A stretch of 64,000 bases of DNA from the human T2T-CHM13v2.0 reference genome, Homo sapiens, in assembly GCF_009914755.1 (NCBI RefSeq), contig NC_060930.1. One strand, written 5' to 3'. Below are positions 13,501-26,845 of the stretch, piece after piece. The notes under the pieces were generated by a model, which ran no database searches, had not been told where the DNA came from, and was given only the letters and a program-made list of their open reading frames with translations. Numbering within the stretch: the first letter of the stretch is position 1; each line of letters starts with the position of its first letter. The translations under genes were made by a program, and so were the position numbers.

Positions 13501-14544
13501 TAAATTGGCAGCTATGGGATGATAAGCAGACTCAGTTTCCCACAGGCATAGTGTTTTTGTTTCCTACTTGTAATTTTGACAGGAGCTGTTCAAAATCTGG
13601 AAGAGGCTCTGTCATGGCATCTGGAACTTGCTTTCAAATGGTTCCAGCTGTGTTTGCAAATTGAAACTTCAATTCAGTCATATACTGTAGACAATTTCTA
13701 TACTTCGAAGCAGTTTTGTGGGTTGTAAAATTATTTTAGCCACAGAATCAGCTTTTCTTCCAGCAACTTAACCAAATTTAGTGTGATCATGTAATAAAGT
13801 GTTTTATAAAATATTTTTTTAAAGTTTCACACTTTGCTAGGAGCTAAAATGTTGGCCTGTATAATATTGAAAAGCAATGCTTCAGAAATGATATCCCACT
13901 TGATAAAATATATTTGATGAGATTTCCATTAGGGTTGTAGGCTGCTAAACATTTCCAGAAGCTGACAGAGCAGCTTTTTTTTGATGACACACATAATAAT
14001 AAGCACTAAATTTTCAAAGAGCTATTTTTCAGAATCATCATAAGCTACTTGCCCATGTGTTTGAATATTCCTAAAATATTCCAGATTATTGTCTCTGAAT
14101 TTAATTTATAATACAGTGACACTCCAGCAGAAGGGAAAACAAGTGGAGAAATCTTGGACAATATTTATAATAAGGAAAACAGGAGATATTAGACATAAAG
14201 CTGTGGAATTTTGCTTTGCTAAGGTGTCATATCAGTTCAGAAGCATGGTAACATATCACAATTTTAGATTTTAGTAAAGTTCTTATTGCCTACAGCATGA
14301 ATGCTATCATTTTAAGCCTTGCTTATGTAAGCCTTAGTCATTTGGAATTCTGTTAATTTACATGGTTATGTTAATTTGTTAATGATTTCACCTTATGTGA
14401 CTCAACTTTTTGGGGAATATCAGTTGTGTCATTATTTCATGAAGACATGCATTAAAGAATAATATAGTTACTAATAAAGCAAGTATTATTATTTAAATGC
14501 ATAAAACAATGATATACTATGAAGTGTGTAATAGAAATATGGAA

Positions 14545-15050
14545 CATCTTGGAAGTTTTCAACTGCGAGTAACAAAAATGTAGTTATCAAAAATCCATCT
14601 ACACTTAACATATACTCAAAGAATTCTCTGACATTCACCTCAAGGATATCTATTTTCAAACTGTGTAATTGTTCAACTATTTAATTGATTGTCACAAACT
14701 AGGAGGGCATTTCTCCATGCAAGGTAGTAGGAGGGTTGATACCAGATAATAAATATCTGCAAGGACTGACTTCTTTTCTCTGTCACTCTCACTCTCATTT
14801 GCAAAATGGGTAGCACAGCTGTAGGTCTCACATCCTTACATAATGTCATGCTAAGACAGGAAGAAAAGGATAATATTTTCTGTGCATATTTCTCACTTGT
14901 CAAGAAAGAAACACTTTTAGAAACCCTTTCTATTCACAGATGTTCTTAAAGATCCCATTGACCAGAATTGTATTATGTGCACATGCCCTCGCTGCAAGGA
15001 AAGCAAAGAAAGGACAGACCAGAGATTTTATTTTAGAAGAGACATAAGAT
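14545..15050 (-). mobile_element. MaLR LTR (MLT1J/K-like), carrying a ~105-bp foreign insertion
   Basis: 'tcccattgaccagaattgtattatgtgcacatgccctcgctgcaaggaaagc' and 'aactgcgagtaacaaaaa' MLT1 motifs. Confidence 0.55.
14582..14687 (+). repeat. ~105-bp direct repeat, copy 1 (copy 2 at 16445-16550)
   Basis: 'agttatcaaaaat..actcaaagaattctctgacatt.acctca.ggatatctattttcaaa.tgtgta.ttgttca' present at both sites. Confidence 0.9.
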
Positions 15051-15394
15051 TTCCCAACAAGGAAGAATTATGCAGTAGGGGGGAGGCAAGGGAAAGATAA
15101 ATGTCAAGGTAATAACCAATAATAGCTGTCTCAAAAATTAGATTTTATAAAACCCTCAAATATAGCTATGTTTTATGCTTATTTATTATTTATGAAATGT
15201 TTGCAAACAAATCATCTCAATCCCTAAAGATGACTATTATGGACGTTGTATCTACTTCCATTTTATACTTGACAAAAAGTATTATAGTGATGAGCCATGT
15301 ATCACAATTTATGCTTTGTTATGTATGGTAGTGCCAGTAGTATAACAACTCAGAGTGAAGGGACATTAATTAGGGAATTTAAGTTCACTTTGTC

Positions 15395-15434
15395 CATGTA
15401 CATGCACACACACACGCGCGCGCACACACACACA
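15395..15434. repeat. (CA)n(CG)4(CA)n alternating purine-pyrimidine tract
   Basis: Read directly. Confidence 0.9.
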
Positions 15435-15459
15435 GAGTATTGGAGTAATCAACTATAGA

Positions 15460-15880
15460 GAAAGATAACTCTGGCAGGAAGGTACAGAATAAGCTTTTAG
15501 AGGGAAGGACTGAAGCAAACAGACTACAAGACTTAAATTTGAGTGACAATTTTTCACAATTCTTACCTTAAATGAGTTGATAAATAATCAAACAAGAGTG
15601 GTGGTAACTGAAATTGTAGAAATTGGTGACTCTGAATTATTTCAGAAGGAAATAAAAAACGGGATAAGATGACATATTATACAGAGGAGCTTGAAGAAAG
15701 GGAAAAATTTAAAAAGACTCTTCTGTAAGACAGAAATAGTATTATCACAGCAAATAAGTTGTTGACATAAACTGATTTTGAAAGTCAATGTCAGATTTGA
15801 AATAAGCTAACTTGAGGAGATAAGTGAACTTTCTATTACATTCAGTAAAGATCATGTGGAAGTGAGATAAAGGGTAAAGT
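15460..15880 (-). mobile_element. L2 fragment
   Basis: Degenerate 'gataactctggcagg...agggaaggactgaagc' L2 antisense pattern. Confidence 0.5.
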
Positions 15881-16264
15881 TCATTAAGAGTTATCTTTAA
15901 AGAAATTACTTTTTAGGGAGATGCAAGATAAAACAGGAGAAACATGATTTCAGTATGGCCAAGGATACACTCATGCCAGGAAAATCTTTGGGTTATGTTC
16001 TACCTCTATCAGCACTCATTCAAAGCCATCAAAAATCTGTTGCTGATCAGTTTAACATTTTCAAATGTGGAGCTCTAAAAGCTGAAATAAATAAGTATGA
16101 AATTACATGGAGATTTTGAAAGAAAGCACGCTGTATGGGTACCTACTTCTCTGCTCATCCCACTCTCTGTTCCCACTACATTGCCCTATTTTCTGTTACC
16201 TAAAACTCCCAGCTTGTTGCACTTGCTTTTTGCATTTGCTGTTTCCTCAGCCCGTATTCTTTGC

Positions 16265-16490
16265 TGGAATCCCAGCTCTATCAATTTCCAGCTGTGTGAT
16301 CTTAGGAAAGTTACTTAACATTTCTGTGCCTGTTAAATGTTAAAGTTATTTGACATTTCTGTGCAAATTTTCCAAATTTGTAAAGTAAGGCTAATAATAT
16401 TTAACTTTGAAGTTTATTAGCATTACCTAAATTAATGCACAAAAAGTTATCAAAAATGCACTTATACTTAACATGAACTCAAAGAATTCT
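16265..16490 (+). mobile_element. MIR SINE with an internal 23-bp duplication
   Basis: 'gaatcccagctcta...ccagctgtgtgatcttaggaaagttacttaacatttctgtgcct'. Confidence 0.8.
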
Positions 16491-16550
16491 CTGACATTTA
16501 CCTCAGGGATATCTATTTTCAAATTGTGTAGTTGTTCAGCCTTGAATTGA
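16445..16550 (+). repeat. ~105-bp direct repeat, copy 2
   Basis: Aligns by eye to 14582-14687. Confidence 0.9.
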
Positions 16551-17496
16551 GGTAAATTTTTTAAAAGTTTAGAAAAATCAAACTCCATGAGAGTCTCTCT
16601 TTTTTTTTTTTTTTTTTTAGTCAATTTGGCATGATGTGTTTGACATCAATTCCTGTCTGCTTCTGCCACACCCACTCAACCCAACCAGTTCTTCCCAATT
16701 ATTGTCTCATACAAGACTAGCCAGGCTGAAATTGATTCCTCCCACAGCAAAAACCACACCAACGTCCAGAGCCCAAGGCAAAGCTCTGCCTCCTTTGTCA
16801 GTGTTCCTCCTTGTTACCAGTAACTTATGTATATATCTCTGCTTCACTTTCCCTGCCCACTCAGTTTCTGCACATTCCCTGGTTCCTGTTTGCCGAGTTC
16901 TAACAAAACCATTATGCTGTTTGTTGTCTAGGCAATCTGGTCACTAACTGGTTTGCACAGCTGTTTCTTAACTTTGAACATCATCCTTTTTGTGTGATCT
17001 GATTCAGTACCTGAACCCTACTTTGGACCACTTTAGGAGTTGGCATTGACTTCTGCTTTGATGACAGGCTTCTAGTCTGATCTCAGTCCAGATCATAACC
17101 CTATTTATTTCTTATCACAATGGTGTTCAATTCCTCTGAGTTTGTTTTTCTGGCTTTTGTTTAGTTATTATCATCATCCTCATTGTGTATTTATGTATGT
17201 TTAGCTATTGACTTCTCCTGTTTGTCTGAACTCAAGGTGGAACTCAGTATATAAAAGATAAATATACTGCTTTGCTTGAATCTGGATGATATAATTGCAT
17301 GCTTTTTGCTTTCATTTTCCCCTACCCCATAGTGAATTCTTCTACCATCCCAAACTATCAAGGGGAGAATTGGCAAAGCCTGACTATCTCACAAGTACTT
17401 TAAATGTCATAATGTGCTGGTTTATTCAATTTATATACAAAAAATCATATATTTTCAAAGGCACATTATCTCATTTAATTTCTATAACTACTCCAC

Positions 17497-17730
17497 TCAT
17501 TCATACATTCATTTGTTCATTCAGCAAATGTTTATTGAGAGCCTAGTACTTCTCAGGCATTGTCCTAGGAGCTGAATATAATATTGAAACCCTCACGAGT
17601 CAGGCATGTAGAGTTTTATTGCCTCCTTTGAGAGATAATACAATTGTGACTCTCAAGTTGCATAACTTGCCCAACTTCATATAGCTAGTGTGTAACAGAG
17701 CTAAAAATACAAATGTTTTCTCTGAAGCTG
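17497..17730 (-). mobile_element. L2 3' end plus MIR fragment
   Basis: 'attcatttgttcattcagcaaatgtttattgag' and 'taacttgcccaacttcatatagctagt'. Confidence 0.7.
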
Positions 17731-18171
17731 TGCTTTATCCTCTTTGGGCTAAAATTATGATTCAAGACCTTCAAATTCATAAGTGGTTTACATTTGCATT
17801 ACTGTTAATTCTCCTTTCAAATGAATTGACGTATCAGATACTCATAAATGGTGTAAATAGTAATTGTGTATTTTAGGATAAACATAAAGTCATTTAGATA
17901 TAGTATGATTCTAGGTAAATAGTCATATTTACCTTGTATATGACATAAAAATTATAATAACACTTCCTAAGTAACCAAGGACAATAACAAATCTAAATTT
18001 ATAATATATGTATCATTCTTCTCTTTATAATTTTAGTGAGATAGCTAACTGATGTAAGTTGTGCTTAAATTATTTTTCATTACTCATTAAAATTATGTAT
18101 TGTATAAATTCGTTTAAATTTTAACTTATTATTCTTACATTAATAAATAAGAATAAGTTAATACTTTAGAA

Positions 18172-18354
18172 CAGTAGTTCTCAACTGAGAACAATTTTAC
18201 TTCCCAAAAGATCTTTGGCTATGTATAGAAGCATTTTAGTTGTGCTACTGGCATCTAGAAAGAGGAGGCCAGGGATGCTGCTAAACATAACAGTCCGCAT
18301 AGAAGAGAATTATCCAGCTCAAAATGTCAATAGTGCAAATGGTTGAGAAATCTG
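18172..18354. mobile_element. MER20 hAT-Charlie MITE
   Basis: TIRs CAGTAGTTCTCAAC / GTTGAGAAATCTG; 'gctactggcatctag..agaggccagggatgctgctaaacat' core; near-TCTAGA target site. Confidence 0.9.
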
Positions 18355-18779
18355 TATCTAGAAGCGTGTCATATAAAGTGTGTGAAAAGCCTAAATTTAA
18401 AAAAACAATTTAAACACTTCACTGTTAAAGTCTAAACAATTTTAGATTATATAAATAAGGCATTAAAAGAAGGATATTTTGCAAAATAACTCATAATTTC
18501 TTTTGTTAAAGATGACCATCATTTGACCTTTAGCAAAAACTGGTTTACACATAACAGTTTTACATTTGTTTTTGTTTATTACAGCATTATTAGTGGTGGC
18601 ATAAGCGGAAACATAATAAATGCACACCAATAGAAATACACTTGATCAAATTATGATAAAACCACATTATGGACCATCATTCAGCAGCACTTAAAAAAAT
18701 GAATCTCTTCTGTACTAGCTAAAATGGTGGAATTTTATAGTGCCAATATTTCTTCTTCATTTACTTTCTCTCTCTCTCT

Positions 18780-20815
18780 TTTTTACTTTTGATTTTTAAC
18801 TAATTTTAGACTTACAGATAAACTATGAAATATGGCAGAGGATTTTTGTAAAACCCTCACCTAACTTTCCCTAAGGCTAATATCCTGCTTTACCATAGTA
18901 CAATTATCAAAATCAAGAAATTATTATTGGTGTAATAGTAAACTAAGCCAGTGATCAGCAAACTTTTTTAAAGAACAGGATAATACATATCTTAGGCTTT
19001 TTAAGTCATACAATCTCTGTCACATGTACTCAACTCTGCCATTGAGGAGTGACAGCAGTCACAGACAGTATGTAAGTGAATGAACATGGATGTACTCAAT
19101 AAAACTTACAAAAACAGACATCCAGACAGCTGACTTTTGATATAAAGGTCTTACTGTAATTTCACTAGGCTTTCCTCTGAAATCCTTTCTCCATTCTAGG
19201 ATACTATCCAGAATCCTACATTATGTTTAATTATTATTTGTCTTTAATTTCTTGCTGCATGTTAAAGTTTCTTAGTCTTTCCTTGAAAGTTTTGAAGAGT
19301 ATTAACCAGTTACTTTTTGTAAATGTCCCTTAGTTTGCATTTATCTGATGTTTTATCATCATTTTTTGAGGTTTGTATTTGTGTAAACTTCACAAGAGTA
19401 TTGCAGAAATCATACTGTGCCCTTCTCAGGACATTATGTTACATAGTTCATGGGGCCATTGTGTCTTTTTATCGCTGATGATGGCCTTCATCCCTTGCTT
19501 AACGTGGCTTCTACTGGGTTTCTCCTCCTAAAGTTAACTATCTTTCCTTTATAGCTAATAAATACCTTGAGGGTAGACTCCCTGAGACTACGCAAATCCT
19601 GTTTCTTCTCAAAATTTCAACCCAAGTTTTAGCGTCCAAAAGTGTATTTTGTCTGAAAAAAAAGTATTACCTTTGTATTTGCCTAATGCTGATTTGCTAG
19701 GTCCTCCATTCCCTCTACATTTATTAATTGAAATTCTACTATAAGTAAAAGGTGTTTTTTTCTCATTCATTTATTTATTTCTTTATATTCAAATTGACTC
19801 ATGGATATCCACTTTAATCCAATAATATAATAATTCATTTTGTTGCTCACATTGTTCAGGTTGACTTTTGTATTCTTTCAATGAGTTCTCATGTCAAAAA
19901 AATATTTTCTTCACTTTGTAGCACCACAAGGTATCAAACTTGTATTTGTCCTATCCTGACCTTAGGATCAACCACTTATCCATGGACCCCTGGTTCTTTT
20001 TGTTGGAGGATGGTCTTTTGAAACAAAGAGCTGGGCACTAAGTGTTCTCACTGCTTGCTGACGTGTCATGGCTTCTGGGTCTCTAGCAGAAGAGAGACCT
20101 CATAAGAAATACATGCATGTACTCTAACTCACACAAATGTAACCATCTATTGATTTCCATCCAACACCACAGGACTTGCTTTGCAACATTTTTCTCACTT
20201 TGTGAGAAACTGGATCTTATTATCAAAACTACATTTATATATTCAATTATTGTGCTCACACAAAATAGTTTAAGAATTACTAACACATACCCTTGTGAAA
20301 AATACATTTACTAAGTGGATTACAGTATTTATTTACAGTTCTTTTGTCTTTGTTCTTACAGTATTCAAGCAAGGTAGTATTTCTAAGTTATTTAGGTTAG
20401 TTCTTTCCCCTCCAATCATTTCAGTGTGGTTATTATTAATTTTTAATAAAATTATATCTATTTATTAGTGTTTACATTCTATTTGTACTATTTTGTGTGT
20501 TACCTCCACATCGTAGTTGGTTTTATTACTTGTTTATTTTTTGAATATGTGAAGGGTATGTGAAATAGTACTATAGCTGAAGAGTCGCAGCTATTCAAAA
20601 AGATATATTTAAAAAGTGTCACTCCCTCCTCATCTTTACTACCTATTCCCACCCTTCTTCCTCCTGACCATTTATCCACCTGCCCCTATAGGCAACCTTT
20701 TTAGTCTCTGGTTTATCCTTCCTATATTTATTTTGCATAAGTGTGCATATCTTGTGTATTTTCATATATACTGTATTTTATTATGCTAAAGATAGCATAT
20801 TACAGATAATCTGTG
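18780..20815 (-). mobile_element. L1MC 3' end
   Basis: 'taattttagacttacagataaact...taccatagtacaattatcaaaatcaagaaatt' and continuing L1MC UTR motifs. Confidence 0.75.
18949..19139. mobile_element. MER58A hAT-Charlie MITE nested in the L1MC
   Basis: 'cagtgatcagcaaactttttt...tactcaactctgccattg...caataaaactt'. Confidence 0.8.
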
Positions 20816-20839
20816 TACTTTCACTAGCCATTGTTTCAA

Positions 20840-21720
20840 AAAAAATTTTTTGACTCAAAATTAGGCATTGTACTCACTGAGTAAACTGTCCTCAGAATGT
20901 GAGGTTATCTTTTTATGGAAGAAACATCTTTTAATAGAAATAGGCCTATGCATAAGGACAATGGTGACCTTAGTTAAAATTTTATGGCAAGCATACCAAT
21001 TAAAAGATAAGCAAAATATACACAGATACAATTCAAAGAAACAAAAGTCTTAAATATATTTAAAAATTCTCAAGTTAGTCTCAGAAATATATTCTGAAAT
21101 AGGATTGAGATCTATTTTCTGTTCTTTGATGAGTAAAATTTAAAAGAAAAGGTTGATAATATCAACTTATTTGAAAAATGTGGAAATAATCACTCTTTGC
21201 TATTAATGGAATTGCACATTGGCATAATATTTTTTATTTGCAGTTTAATAATATCTATCAAAATTCCTAAAAGTACAAATGCATCAATTTGTCAATTGCA
21301 CTTTGCCAATCATTTCTAACAATAAGTTATATATGTGAACATGAAGGGGCATGTGCATTGCATCTTTTTAAACATACAAATATTGAAAACAATAAATATT
21401 TACAAAGTAAGCTTCTCATAATATTGGTACTATAGTATATCATATAACAGATTAAAAATGGGGTAAGTCTATGCAAACTAACTTAGAAAAGTATTCAAGA
21501 TATGCTTTTAAGTTTAAAAAATGACTTAACTGCAATGATAGGTTAACAAACAGTAATATAATCTATATGAATAATGTACATATTTAAGTGTAATTTTTTA
21601 TTAAAAAGTCTGTTAATATACATCTATATGGTTATAGGGTAAGAAAGGGATTGTGAACTGGTATGGAAGACTATTTTTACTTTTTATCTATATCTTTCTG
21701 TTTTTCTTGAAATCAGTTTG
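20840..21720 (+). mobile_element. L1ME 3' fragments
   Basis: Degenerate L1ME ORF2 end and 3'UTR motifs. Confidence 0.5.
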
Positions 21721-24700
21721 TATTAATGTATATCTTCTGGAATTTCATGCAAAGAGTCTGTGTCAGCAGGACAGTTTTGACCAAGAAGTTTCATGCCTAG
21801 AAGTTTGGATAGACTGACAGAGTATAACTTAAGCCATGATAGTCTGATGTAGAAGATCAGAGAACGGGTAGCAAAAGGTGCGAGGTTGTTTCATACTGAA
21901 CAGGGAACACAGAAGTGAATTTTAACTTTAAAGGAAAAGGTTAAAATTCACTTGGTAGACTTGGTCCAAAGACCTGCAGGTGCAGCTGTGCCAGTTTTAT
22001 TTGGGCTATTCAAACATCATGAAGAAACAGCAAGGCAGGCACTGTGAATCAGATGCATGTAGCATCTGAGGATATATAGAGTGTCCTGGACCTACTCCAT
22101 TAAGTTACAGTCAGATCCTTGCAGGTAGACAAGTCACCTACCTCTTTTAGGCTAAAGTGAACAAATGTTTAAGAATTTTTTCCCCTGGATTAAATAATAT
22201 GAAAAACAATGTTGCAAACACAGTGAAGGCAGGAAGCAGGAGTAAGCAACTGATGATGGAGTATATGAAATGCGGCTGGTGGGAGACATGTCCATAGCAG
22301 AGTATCACGAAAAGCGCAGAAACAAGACTCCTCCCTGAGACAGGACTACAGGAAAAATACACTGACCAGGACTCTGACATGTTTTCTGTGGGGGTGGGGA
22401 AAAGCTGGTATGACATAAGTCAAGAGAAAATGCGATATTATGAGAAAAGACATCAGCTCTAGTGTGGCAGTAGAGTGATAAACCCAAAGCTTTTGAAGAC
22501 TTTTTTATTGTCTGAAAATGAGGCATTTTGTTTCATCCCCTGAAGGTTTACCTATGCCTGCTAGACCTCTTCTTTTCTTCTCTACAATCTTCCCCAGTAT
22601 TTTACCGGGGGCTTTTTAACCTCACAGCATATAGTGCTATATTCAGCTGTCTCCTCTATGCATGTAAGACGCATTGTTAGTGGAAAATTATTCACTCACT
22701 GGGAGACTAATGTGTTGGCCAGATGGTCACAATTTACTCTCCGGGTGCTTTGGGGAGCTGTGTATCCTCAGGCATTATGTGGTTTCCACAGTGTTATGAT
22801 AAGCTGGGTAGGGAGACCACAGTCTTCAACTGAGGTAATTTGTCTTTATAAATTTAAATCTCCACCAATTCATGTTTTAGGGTTTAATCTGGGTTGGAAC
22901 TCTGATAAAAGAAACAGCCATGCAATTTAGCAACTTGTCAATGTCCAGGATATATTAAAAATAGTTCTAAGCTATGTGTATTAAATTATGGATATTTTGG
23001 TCACTAGATATATGTCTCTAAATTTTGATTTGGTATTTCTGAAAAAAATTAGAGGCTCTACAAGAATATACTGTAGACATATTCTTATAAAATAATGCCA
23101 TGTAGAAAGGGATAGAGCCACTGGTAACTGATAGTGAGATTTGGATACTTTACAACTGGATATTACTTCTTATTAAATGATTGAAGATATGATTTAAGCC
23201 ACATACAGGTGCAGTTAAGAGTTTTCCTCTTACAACAACAGAGTAATCCTGACCCTATAAGCAACTTCTTCCAATGAACAGGATAAATATTGTGCTTAGA
23301 CTGAGATGAATTTTCAACAGGTCGCGTCTACGTTTTGATTCCAAATTTTTCTCAGAAAAGCATTCTAAAATGAGATTTTTCATAGGGACAGATCATAAAT
23401 AGAAGCAGTAACAAGAGATGTCTTTTTTTTAGTGTTCATTGCCATTGTCTGACCTTCAAGCATATGGAGAGAATCTGTATTTGTGGTCTGTACCTTTTGA
23501 CATATACTATGCTGAACACATGGCCTTTCCAAAAATACTGAAGGAAACAGTTTTCTGAGTATCATTCATCATGTGTTTCCACAGTGACATCTCATTGCAA
23601 AGAAAGGTGAAAATTGTTGCTATGAGACTTTGAGTTGATGGAGAATAAAAGAGAAAGTTAACTTGGTAGCTAATAAAAGCATATATAAAAATATTATTTA
23701 ATGATGCTGATATATTTTGTGTATAATCCATGAACCAGAAATTGCATAGAGACTAGAGCTTTATGAACACAAACAGGGGCACATCTGCTTCCTCTCTTGT
23801 GACTTTGTCATTTATATTTGAGACAATGCTTCCAGTGACAAAAGAAAACATATCCATGAAAATTAGTTTGAGAGTCTTACTATAGATTTCTGTATGTATA
23901 AAACACACATGTTGGCAATAAATTAAACAAAAAAATTCACCTACTGCACTAATATTGCTTAGATTTTTCAGTCTTTTCCATGGAAGAAAATAAAGAATTA
24001 TTTCCTTTTAGCTTAAGCCAAAGATAACTTTATTATAGCATATTTGAAAAAAACAGATATTTTTGCCTACAGAATGTACAAGTATTTTTGAGTATTATAT
24101 ATGATTTTTAATAGTCATTACATACTTGCAATACTTTTAAAATAGTTGTTACATACCTACATGTTAGTGATCAGTGTATTAAACAAGATCAAAGAGGCTG
24201 CTGATGAATCAATAGCTACTAAATTGCAGAAGCACAACTTGAACCGAGGTCTGTTTAGTGGCTAAATCTTTACTCTATTCACAATATCACATGGTGTTAG
24301 AGAAGCTTGTCTGAGATTTAGAGAGGTGGTTTGGCCAAACACAAGAGTGACACAATAATAGTTGTTAATTTTAAAGGGAACCTCAAAATTAGACGAATCA
24401 GAGGGTTCAATACCTGTATCATAGAACATTTTTTTGTACCTGTAGATAAGCTTGCAACAAAACCATGGCATCAGCAGATCTTACAATCGTTACCTAGGCT
24501 CACTTTCTTCTATGGCCTTTTTCCCATTCGATTATACCCATATATACACTTTGTACATACTCATTAATTTCATTTACAAATGAAGTTTAAATACAAATAA
24601 TTCTACAATCACCTAGGCACCAATTTAAACACTTTTAAACAAAGGAAACAATATTGTATTAAATCCTTAATGCAAACAATTGTTGATGGGGAAGAGATTA

Positions 24701-25234
24701 TGTTAGTGGTATTTTCCCTGGTTCAAGAGGTTGTCAGTACAACTGAGTTGGTAGAGAGTATACATTTAGGCAAAAATGTTAATATCATACTAGTTGATTA
24801 TTTCCATTAAAAACAAAACAAAACATTTTCTCAATAGAATAACAGCAGTATCTCTCAAGGTCAAGCTTTCTAGTTGAATCATCAATATAAATGGTGATGA
24901 TCCAGAAACAGTTCTGACTGCTGGTTATGGGGAAAAAATGGTGTTTACAGATTTTTATTCACTATGGGGAGGGTACATAATGAATGGCCAAAAACTTTAT
25001 TTTTAAGTGACAATTCACAATCTACTTAAATAATGAGAATATTGAGCATTACCCCTGCTTTCACCAAATATAAGCTTTGATATAATAGAGGTCAATAAAG
25101 AACACTCTGACTCTTACTTTTTCCAATCAATTTATTCTCTTGGTTTTCCCTCTTGACTACTTAATTATTCAGTCAAGAAAGAATGACTAAGTCATAAAAA
25201 ACTAGGAAGTTTTGAGAAATGGTTACAGTCCGGA

Positions 25235-25523
25235 GGAGCTAGGATAGACATGACAACTAAATGTAATATGGAAACTTAGATAGGATCCTGAGGGAGAAAA
25301 AAAGACGAGGGGTAAAAATTAAGAAAATGCATAAATAAAGTAAGAAATTTAGTTAATAACGTACCAATGTTGTTTCATCACTTGTGATAAATGTTCTATT
25401 GTTATTTAAGATGTCAACAGTGGGAGAAACCAGGTGTATGGTATACAGAGCTTCATATTCTCTTTGTATTTTTTCTATAAAACTCAAACCATTCTAAAAT
25501 TAAAAGTTTATTATAAAAAATAA
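25235..25523 (+). mobile_element. L1MC 3' end
   Basis: 'gacatgacaactaaatgtaatatg...taggatcctg...attctaaaattaaaagtttatt' with an A tail. Confidence 0.8.
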
Positions 25524-26845
25524 AGAATAGCTAATCTAGATATAGAAACATGCTGGAAGGAAAAAAAGATTTATTCAGGTAAAGCAGAACAAAAATCAAT
25601 TATTTCACTTGGGAAAGCTAAAAACAGATAAACCTTTGTCCTCCTCTTTGAGCTTCCCTCTCTGCCTTCATTCAAATTATGCTGCTGACTCGGCAAATAT
25701 GGCACATGTTTAATTTTTTCCCCTAATCATGGAGATAATTTGGTTATAATCCAATCATTCTCTTAGTCAAGTTGCCTTTTGAGAAATTGTTTGCATATTC
25801 AGTGTTCCTGAGATAGACATAGGACAGGATAGGTAGGGTCAAGTGGAGGCAAAAGACTAAAAATAAACCGAGGGCTATGTGGAAGTCATCATTCCTCAAG
25901 TGTTTAAAAGGCCTCTAACTGGCTGAGTAAATAAGCAAGCCATTCTACCTTCTTACCATCAAAATAACTAGTTAGAAAACATTCTATCCCAATCTAAGGA
26001 AATTGAAAGTCATGGGCAGCATCGTAGTTTCCTTTAATTCTGCAACTTTCCACCTCTAATGTACCATTTTACTCCACAAAATGGTGGACTTTTAGACAGC
26101 CAATTTAATCTTTTTTTATCATTAAAAGTATAGTATCTGGCCAATCATTGTTTCAAATGGCAAACCATCCCATTTCCCAAACATAATTTGACATAAGACA
26201 ATATCTTAAATAAGGCACTATGAGGAAAGAGCAAGGCCAGATAGTTCTCATTTTCTACCCAAGATTATTTTTTACTCTTTCTTCTTAAAAAGAGGAAATG
26301 TCAGTATTAATCTAAAATCACACTTAATCTGGATGACTTCATATTACTTGCAAATGTCACTCAGAACAGAATGAAAAGTAGGGAAAGTTTATTTCTGATG
26401 TTTTCTGACCTCCCCAGATAGGCAATTTAATCACAGTAGTGTCTGTCGTCCAAAGCCCTCTAATCCTATTGTTTTAGTTTCTGCCTTTTGCTCAACTATT
26501 ACCCTTCCTCATTATTCTGCCTCCAAAAACACACCTGTTAGCAACACCTAACACTTTCCTCTCACTTTCTTACCAGGACACCTTCAGTTTCAGAAAAACT
26601 TACGAAAACCAGAGAGTAGATCATCACTTATTTTTTTCTTGTATTGCCTTTCAGTTCTATGGAAACACATTAGACCACATTTCAAGTCTCATACAACATA
26701 TATTATAATGTTTCTAAAAGTGGTATTTTATAGCAATCCAAACTTCATGATTCGCAATCTGAGCAAGAAGTTCCTGACATTTTAATTTACAGCATCCTAA
26801 ATTAGGGTGTTCAAAATCCAGATTCATTAATTGTTTTAATATTAT

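Noticed and set aside
22284-22293. p53 half-site AGACATGTCC
   Set aside because: Single half-site with no adjacent partner; expected by chance.
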